A stretch of DNA of 35,575 nt from IMG/VR virus record IMGVR_UViG_3300045421_000110, positions 1 to 35,575 of that record. One strand, given 5' to 3'. This document shows positions 30,698 through 35,575 of the stretch, one piece after another. A model generated the notes under the pieces. The model made no database searches, was not told where the DNA came from, and worked only from the letters and a program-made list of their open reading frames with translations. The translations under genes were made by a program, and so were the position numbers. The DNA is from a virus. Every line of letters starts with the position of its first letter. Position 1 is the first letter of the stretch.

Positions 30698-31924
30698 TCA
30701 CGGGGTCTTGGCGAGACGAGCAACGAACGAGGGACCGTTGTTGACGAGGCCCATCCGGGTCGACGCCACGAACAGCGTCTGCCGGTTCCGCACGAGGAGT
30801 TCCTTCGCTACGGTGATGTTCACGCCCTCCTGACCGAGCCCGATGGCGGTCGACTTCGAGAAGTCGCCGTACAGGGCGTAGGTCGTCGAGGGCATGCCCT
30901 TCGCGATGTAGACCGGGGCGCCGAAGATCGTCGGCACCACGCGGCCGCCACCGACCGTCATGGTCGTCTGCTGGGCCGACCACAGCTTCATCAGGTCGAC
31001 GTACCCACGCTTCGAGGCGACCCACGTCCCGGTCCCCATGATCGTCTCGTCAACCAGGCCGACGACGTCGGCGAGGTTGGCGAGGGTCGTGAGGGCCGCG
31101 CCGGTCGCGACCGTGATCGTCTGGCCGCCCGACACCGCGGCCGGCAGGCCGGTGATCGTCGGGTTCGAGCCGTTGCCGGACAGCCACACCGTGTCGTACC
31201 AGACGGCCATGCCGTACGAGATGCGGTCGGCCACGAGGCCGGCCACGTCGATCGGGCTGTCGTTCAGGAGGGCGTTCGACACCGCGACCGATCCGCCCGC
31301 CTCGTAGAGGGTCAGGTCGGACGACGCGGTCGCGAGGTCCTGATCCGTGAAGGCGGTGCCTTCCGCGGCGAACCCGACGGTGAAGTTGCCGGAGGTCGGC
31401 AGCTTGATCGTCATCGAGTTCGGCCGGTAGATCGACGCGACCTGCAGCGCGACGCTGCGGTACTGCAGGAGGTTCACGATCGCGGCGTTCAGTTCTGCTA
31501 CCACGTAGGAGTCGCCGAAACCGCTGGCCGTCTCGCCCATGGCCCGGGTGCTGACGCCGGCCATCCGGCAGAGGTAGGCACCGACGGCCGCGGCGGCCTT
31601 CTTCGACCGGAAGGCCTTGACGCCGGACGCGAGGTCCGGGACGTACTCGTCGGCCGTCTCGCTGGCGTCGGCCGGCAGTTCGCGCTGCTCGCCCTTCGTG
31701 CTCGACGTGTGCACGGCCCGGATGGCGGCCACCCGGGCGTCGAGATCGTGCTCGGCCTTCGCCGCGGCGGCGACCTCTTCGGATCGCTTCGCGGCGGCCT
31801 CGAGTCGGCTGGCGATGTTCGCCGCGTCGGCCTCGTCCTTCGGCTCGATCGCACGCAGATCGGCGATCGTCTTTTCGAGAGTCACGGCCTCATCCTGCAG
31901 GCGGGCGAGCTTGGGCGACGGCAT
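30698..31924 (-). CDS. Major capsid protein, HK97 fold, with an N-terminal coiled-coil (delta/scaffold-like) region
   Basis: Start at MPSPKLARLQ (ATG 31924, GGAAGGAA RBS). About 100 aa of helical, acidic N-terminus are followed by a capsid-type body. Synteny supports the call. Confidence 0.85.
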   Translation of the reverse strand: MPSPKLARLQDEAVTLEKTIADLRAIEPKDEADAANIASRLEAAAKRSEEVAAAAKAEHDLDARVAAIRAVHTSSTKGEQRELPADASETADEYVPDLASGVKAFRSKKAAAAVGAYLCRMAGVSTRAMGETASGFGDSYVVAELNAAIVNLLQYRSVALQVASIYRPNSMTIKLPTSGNFTVGFAAEGTAFTDQDLATASSDLTLYEAGGSVAVSNALLNDSPIDVAGLVADRISYGMAVWYDTVWLSGNGSNPTITGLPAAVSGGQTITVATGAALTTLANLADVVGLVDETIMGTGTWVASKRGYVDLMKLWSAQQTTMTVGGGRVVPTIFGAPVYIAKGMPSTTYALYGDFSKSTAIGLGQEGVNITVAKELLVRNRQTLFVASTRMGLVNNGPSFVARLAKTP

Positions 31925-31992
31925 GATCGATTCCTTCCGGGTTGTGTGGTGCTCATCCTTTGAGCACGTGTGATTATCGAGACGTAACAGAC

Positions 31993-32319
31993 TCACCGTT
32001 TTCCGGTGGGAGGATTTTTGGGGCACGCTCCGGTCGGGCAGTCAGCGGCCGCGCCCTTCTCTCGCTCGGCCACGCACCGCCGGCACCGGCACTCGCACTT
32101 CTGCGTGATGCGACCGTCGGGCTTCCAGAGGCCCTTGACGCACGTTTCACCACAGTCACACGACTTCGGCGTCGGGGTTGGAGCCGGCCGCGAGTCCTTG
32201 AGCATGGATGCGTGCGCCACGCTCACAGCGGCCGCGGCCCGCGCGTGCTCGAGATTCACGACAGCGGGGTCGGCAGAGAACCACACCAACCACGAAATGA
32301 TCCAGCGCCAGAGCAGCAT
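31993..32319 (-). CDS. Small protein with an N-terminal hydrophobic anchor and a Cys-rich C-terminal domain
   Basis: MLLWRWIISWLVWF, then CDCGETC...CECRCRRC...C....C, giving nine Cys in the last 55 aa. Confidence 0.55.
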   Translation of the reverse strand: MLLWRWIISWLVWFSADPAVVNLEHARAAAAVSVAHASMLKDSRPAPTPTPKSCDCGETCVKGLWKPDGRITQKCECRCRRCVAEREKGAAADCPTGACPKNPPTGKR

Positions 32320-32321
32320 GA

Positions 32322-32600
32322 TCAGAGCCCTCGCACGTGGTTCACGATCGGGAACCCGTCGTCGCCGAGCTCGGCCGGCGAGGACCGCACGACACGCTCG
32401 CGTTCCTCGATCGCTTCAGGCGATTGCTCGGGCGGTGCCGGCTCGAAGAACGCCGCGGCCCACAGGAGGTTCTTGGCGGCGCTGATGACCCACCGCAGCA
32501 CGGGCCGAGACGGGGCCGGCGTCGGGGAGACGTCGGCACCACCGGCCCAGTAGGCGAGGAGAACGACGGCGACGATGCACGCGAGCGAACGACGAGACAT
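32322..32600 (-). CDS. Small secreted/membrane-anchored protein (92 aa)
   Basis: ATG 32600 is 5 nt after GAGGTGA. MSRRSLACIVAVVLLAYWAGGA looks like a signal or anchor, followed by a Pro-rich linker. Confidence 0.55.
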   Translation of the reverse strand: MSRRSLACIVAVVLLAYWAGGADVSPTPAPSRPVLRWVISAAKNLLWAAAFFEPAPPEQSPEAIEERERVVRSSPAELGDDGFPIVNHVRGL

Positions 32601-32610
32601 GGCGATCACC

Positions 32611-33777
32611 TCAGAGGGCTAGGGACTGGATCTGAACCGGCGTCGTGCCCTGCGGCGAACCGCGCCGCGTCGGTGCCGGCTCGGGCGGCGCGGGTCCGAT
32701 GAAGGCACCGTTGTCGAGATCGCGCCAGCCGAAACCGGTGACGGAGCCCACCGCGAACGAGTCCTCGCCAGAGAGCATCCGCTCCACGGTCGCACGCTTC
32801 ACCCAGAACGAGCCGTCGGGCATGTCGGCCGGCCACTTCGGCCCACCGATCCACGATGGCCCCCAGCTGTTCAGGCAGAGGAGGCCGTCATCGGGACTGC
32901 CGTTCTTCTTGTAGCGCACGCCGACGAAGCACATGCAGTGAGCCCACGAGCCCTGGGCGGCCGCGAAGCCGGCGTCGTTCCGCTGGGACGCGAAGCCCTG
33001 CCCGGAACAGACGGGGATCGGGAATCCCGACTCGATCGCGGCGGCCGCCTCGGTGAACGTCTTCACGATGGCGACGTGGGTGGCCGGGTGCTTCTTCGCT
33101 TCGGCGTCGAGCTTGCCGCCGTCGCCCTTGCCACCGCATCCGTACGCGCCCCATTCCTTCGCCCGGTCGGCGGAGTAGGTCGTGAGGTCGAGCGACCCGT
33201 AGCGGTCGCGGTAGATCACGCCCCACTGACGAACCCACCGAGCAGCTGCGGCACCATACGACCCGTCGCTGTACCCGCCGACGGGACTGCGGCCGTCGCC
33301 CGACTTCCCGCGGGCCTCGACTCGCGAGCCGCCGTAGATCGCTTCGGTGCTCGGGAACGGTGGCGGGTTGGCGAGTCGGCCGGTCTCCCAATCGACACAC
33401 TGGGCGACGTAGATACCGTGCGCCCAGCCCCAACTGACGCAGTCGCCGATGCCCTGCCGGCCGACCACGAACGGCTTGCCGTACAACGCTTGGTGCGCCT
33501 TGTACGCGGCGCGGTACAGGAACGTGTCAGCCCCCTTCGCCTCGCGGAGAGCCGCGGGGCCGGCCTCGGCGAACGTCGGCTTGTCCAGTTCGCGGAGGAA
33601 CCGCCGGACGCCGTCCGGGTTCGGCGTCCATCCTTGAGGCTGGCCGTCGTCACCCATCACCGGGATCGGTCGCGGCGCGCGTGGCACGTACTGCTCGCCG
33701 ATGATGATGCCGAGCGAGACGGCGATCACCGCGACGATCGAGAACCAGTAAACCGCAGCCTGGATCCGGTCCTTCAC
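32611..33777 (-). CDS. Papain-like (clan CA, C1-like) cysteine peptidase with an N-terminal signal-anchor
   Basis: Transmembrane stretch AAVYWFSIVAVIAVSLGIIIG. RQGIGDCVSWGW resembles QG.CGSCW (Gln/Cys). WAHCMCFVGV resembles H....VGY. CLNSWGPSW resembles NSWG..W. All are in papain order. Confidence 0.7.
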   Translation of the reverse strand: MKDRIQAAVYWFSIVAVIAVSLGIIIGEQYVPRAPRPIPVMGDDGQPQGWTPNPDGVRRFLRELDKPTFAEAGPAALREAKGADTFLYRAAYKAHQALYGKPFVVGRQGIGDCVSWGWAHGIYVAQCVDWETGRLANPPPFPSTEAIYGGSRVEARGKSGDGRSPVGGYSDGSYGAAAARWVRQWGVIYRDRYGSLDLTTYSADRAKEWGAYGCGGKGDGGKLDAEAKKHPATHVAIVKTFTEAAAAIESGFPIPVCSGQGFASQRNDAGFAAAQGSWAHCMCFVGVRYKKNGSPDDGLLCLNSWGPSWIGGPKWPADMPDGSFWVKRATVERMLSGEDSFAVGSVTGFGWRDLDNGAFIGPAPPEPAPTRRGSPQGTTPVQIQSLAL

Positions 33778-34346
33778 TTGACGTACCTCCCGGCCTCACG
33801 GGCCACCGTGCGGAAGGCCGCGATCCACTTCGCCTTCTCCTCGGGCGTCAGCGGCCCGCCGGACGTGCCGGCCGCGGAGTCGAGGTATCGCTTGATCTCC
33901 GCCCGCACTCGCGGGTGGCGGTCGCCGATCGAGTCGCCCTTCAGCCGCATGTCGAAGGCCCGCGTCCGCAGCTCGTCGAACGCGATGCCGGTCGTGATGT
34001 CGGGCTCGGCCTGGTCGGCGTCCCACTCGACGTCCGAGGCGATCTCGTCGAACAGGGCCTCGACCCTCGCGGTATCGGCGGCCGCCTCGGGGTGCGCCGC
34101 CCACAGGCCGGCCAGGCTGATCGGGCTGTCGGGCGGAGTCGGGGCCGGCGTCGGCGTTCGCGACCCACGGCCGCCGAGCAGGAGCAGCAGGGCCAGGGCG
34201 ACCATCCCGGCGGCGATGACGTGCCGGAACTGAACGGCCGGGTACTTCTCGCGGAAGGCCGCGAGCCACGCTTTGGCCTTGGCCGCGTCCACGAACTGCG
34301 AGGCGGCGGCGAAGAGAAGAGCGATTCCCAACAGCGTCTCGATCAT
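33774..34346 (-). CDS. Two-transmembrane-segment membrane protein with a 130-aa soluble C-terminal domain
   Basis: LLGIALLFAAASQFV and VIAAGMVALALLLLLGG. ATGA overlap with the protease stop and GTGA overlap with the peptidase start. Confidence 0.6.
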   Translation of the reverse strand: MIETLLGIALLFAAASQFVDAAKAKAWLAAFREKYPAVQFRHVIAAGMVALALLLLLGGRGSRTPTPAPTPPDSPISLAGLWAAHPEAAADTARVEALFDEIASDVEWDADQAEPDITTGIAFDELRTRAFDMRLKGDSIGDRHPRVRAEIKRYLDSAAGTSGGPLTPEEKAKWIAAFRTVAREAGRYVK

Positions 34347-35326
34347 CGTCCGGTTCCTCCTGTGGCGATCCGCATCCGGGCCGCCGCGGCTGCTGCCGCG
34401 GCACGGGCACCCGCGAGCGTGGAGACGGCAACCGGCGTCTTCCGCTGCTCGGCGATGCCCTCTGGGTAGTCGTCGATCCAGATGTCGACCTCGAGGCCGG
34501 CGGCCGCCGCGGCCGACCGCTTCTTCTGGCCGGCACCGCAGAGCAGGATCTGGGGGACGTCCAGACCGTCGAACGCGAACCGCAGTTCATCGCGGTTCTG
34601 TTCGGTGTCTTCGCGGCGAGAGATGCACACCACGCGGTTCCCGCGGGCGGTGGCATCAGCCACGAACGAACGCCACAGGCCGGTGGCCGCGGCGAACGTC
34701 CGATCGTAGTCGATGGAGATGACGAGCCCGCGGTCGCCGGCCCGGTTCTCCACTACGCGGCGGTTCGCCTTCCACGCCTCGATCGACCTGAGGCCGATCG
34801 ACGACTGGGGGTATGCCGGATAGGTGACGGCCGAGATGTCGAACAGGCCGGACGCCCGGAACACCGTGCGGATCACGTTCCCCTTCGCGTCCTCGGTCCA
34901 CGTCTCGCCGTCGGGGGCCGCCGTGAACGCGAACGACGCGCCGGTGACTGTGCGGTCCTCGACGAGCTTGACGAGGTCCCGGCCGTGCGTCGTGTCGACC
35001 GGGGTGTGCCGGTAGCCGAGGCCCTTGAGGTCCTTCCTGATCTCCAGACGGCCGTTTGTCGTTCGCCCGGAGATCAGGTGCGACTGATGGTCGAACAGGA
35101 ACGGGACGTCGATCTTGCCGCGATGGTCGTTCGGCGCTCGGTCGACCAGGCCGTCGAACGCGGTCGGCGCGAACTTCTCGCGGAAGCCGCCGAGGTCCAC
35201 CGAGAGCGAGTCCCACGGTGGCGAGATGCCGACGAGCACGGGCGGTTCGCCGTCTCGCTTTTCGACCGTGATCGCGTCTGGGTAGTCGTTCAGCAGCAGA
35301 TACCGCCGCTCGTGGTCATTGGCCAT
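34343..35326 (-). CDS. HK97-type prohead protease (S78/U35) fused in frame to a HAD-like phosphatase-fold domain
   Basis: Protease part: FLFDHQ (His) and TGASFAF (Ser), ending at SAVTYPAYPQ. C-terminal part: ISIDYDRT (DxDxT), VVCIS, GQKK and WIDD in HAD motif I-IV order. No stop lies between the two parts. Confidence 0.75.
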   Translation of the reverse strand: MANDHERRYLLLNDYPDAITVEKRDGEPPVLVGISPPWDSLSVDLGGFREKFAPTAFDGLVDRAPNDHRGKIDVPFLFDHQSHLISGRTTNGRLEIRKDLKGLGYRHTPVDTTHGRDLVKLVEDRTVTGASFAFTAAPDGETWTEDAKGNVIRTVFRASGLFDISAVTYPAYPQSSIGLRSIEAWKANRRVVENRAGDRGLVISIDYDRTFAAATGLWRSFVADATARGNRVVCISRREDTEQNRDELRFAFDGLDVPQILLCGAGQKKRSAAAAAGLEVDIWIDDYPEGIAEQRKTPVAVSTLAGARAAAAAAAARMRIATGGTGR

Positions 35327-35575
35327 TGGTTGACCCTCCAGTCGTGATGGCCGGCGTCGCGTTCGTCCCGAGCGGGGCGAATCCCTGCTGCACGTACGTG
35401 AGATCCGCGGCCGGATCGTCGAGGAGGTCCATGTCCTCGAGGTCGCGGATCTCGTTCGGCTTCAGCGCCCCCATGTTCCAAAGGGCCTGGTACAGGGCGG
35501 CGCGGCTCGCGTCGTCTCCACGCAGGAGGCCGCGCATGTCGAACTTCGCGTAGACGTCCTCCCCGTAGACGTCCT
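35316..35575 (-). CDS. Portal protein, C-terminal part (continuation of 1-1130 across the circular junction)
   Basis: ...LLRGDDASRAALYQALWNMGALKPNEIRDLEDMDLLDDP... is the typical portal C-terminus. Same frame as the hand-translated 1-1130 ORF after subtracting 35,448. Confidence 0.85.
   Translation of the reverse strand, partial: DVYGEDVYAKFDMRGLLRGDDASRAALYQALWNMGALKPNEIRDLEDMDLLDDPAADLTYVQQGFAPLGTNATPAITTGGSTNGQ
35449..35575. repeat. Terminal direct repeat, copy 2 (identical to 1-127)
   Basis: Same comparison as copy 1. The sequence diverges immediately outside (35448 is unique sequence). Confidence 0.95.

Larger units (their letters stand above)
1..35575. mobile_element. Complete circularly closed genome of a temperate tailed phage (HK97-type head, long-tail gene set with tape measure and chaperone frameshift); unique length 35,448 bp
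   Basis: Exact 127-bp overlap of the two window ends. The portal ORF is continuous across the junction. A full set of terminase, portal, protease, capsid, connector, tail, integrase and recombination genes is present. Confidence 0.8.

Noticed and set aside
1-35575. CRISPR arrays, rRNA genes, insertion sequences or transposase genes.
   Set aside because: No regularly spaced direct repeats and no transposase-like ORF were found. The only repeats are the terminal overlap, the 42-43-nt structured repeat pair and short operator-like words.

Overview
The window is one complete, circularly closed genome of a high-G+C temperate tailed phage. It has 35,448 unique bp; the exact 127-bp terminal overlap (1-127 = 35449-35575) closes the circle, and the portal gene runs across the junction. 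Only the tyrosine integrase (18732-19607) is on the + strand. Every other supported gene is on the - strand, tightly packed with many ATGA/GTGA stop-start overlaps.

Minus-strand order, by descending coordinate:
- Lysogeny-proximal genes: HTH/Xis-like protein and a membrane protein.
- Palindrome-rich AT-rich control region (17754-17897).
- Early recombination/replication genes: Sak4-like AAA_24 ATPase, DUF669/SSB-like protein ending DDDIPF, DUF3310, DPPY DNA methyltransferase overlapping a PD-(D/E)XK nuclease, and RusA.
- SPPY DNA methyltransferase.
- AT-richer accessory cassette: acidic protein, RHH protein, PD-(D/E)XK-like nuclease, GIY-YIG nuclease and a second nuclease paralog. It is bounded by two copies of a 42-43-nt structured repeat.
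- HTH regulator, then the tail-fibre/receptor-binding module.
- HNH endonuclease and a cos-like intergenic region.
- TerS, TerL, portal, and a prohead protease fused to a HAD-like domain.
- An unusual four-gene membrane/secreted cassette that includes a signal-anchored papain-like peptidase.
- HK97-type major capsid, head-tail connectors and tail tube.
- Chaperone with a -1 frameshift at GGGAAAA, tape measure and tail tip proteins.
- Small membrane ORFs, metallophosphoesterase, HExxH protein and a DUF6378-like protein.

No tRNA, rRNA or CRISPR array was seen. All functional calls rest on motifs read by eye in the supplied translations or in my own hand translation; no database search was run. 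Most long + strand ORFs are antisense shadows typical of high-G+C DNA.
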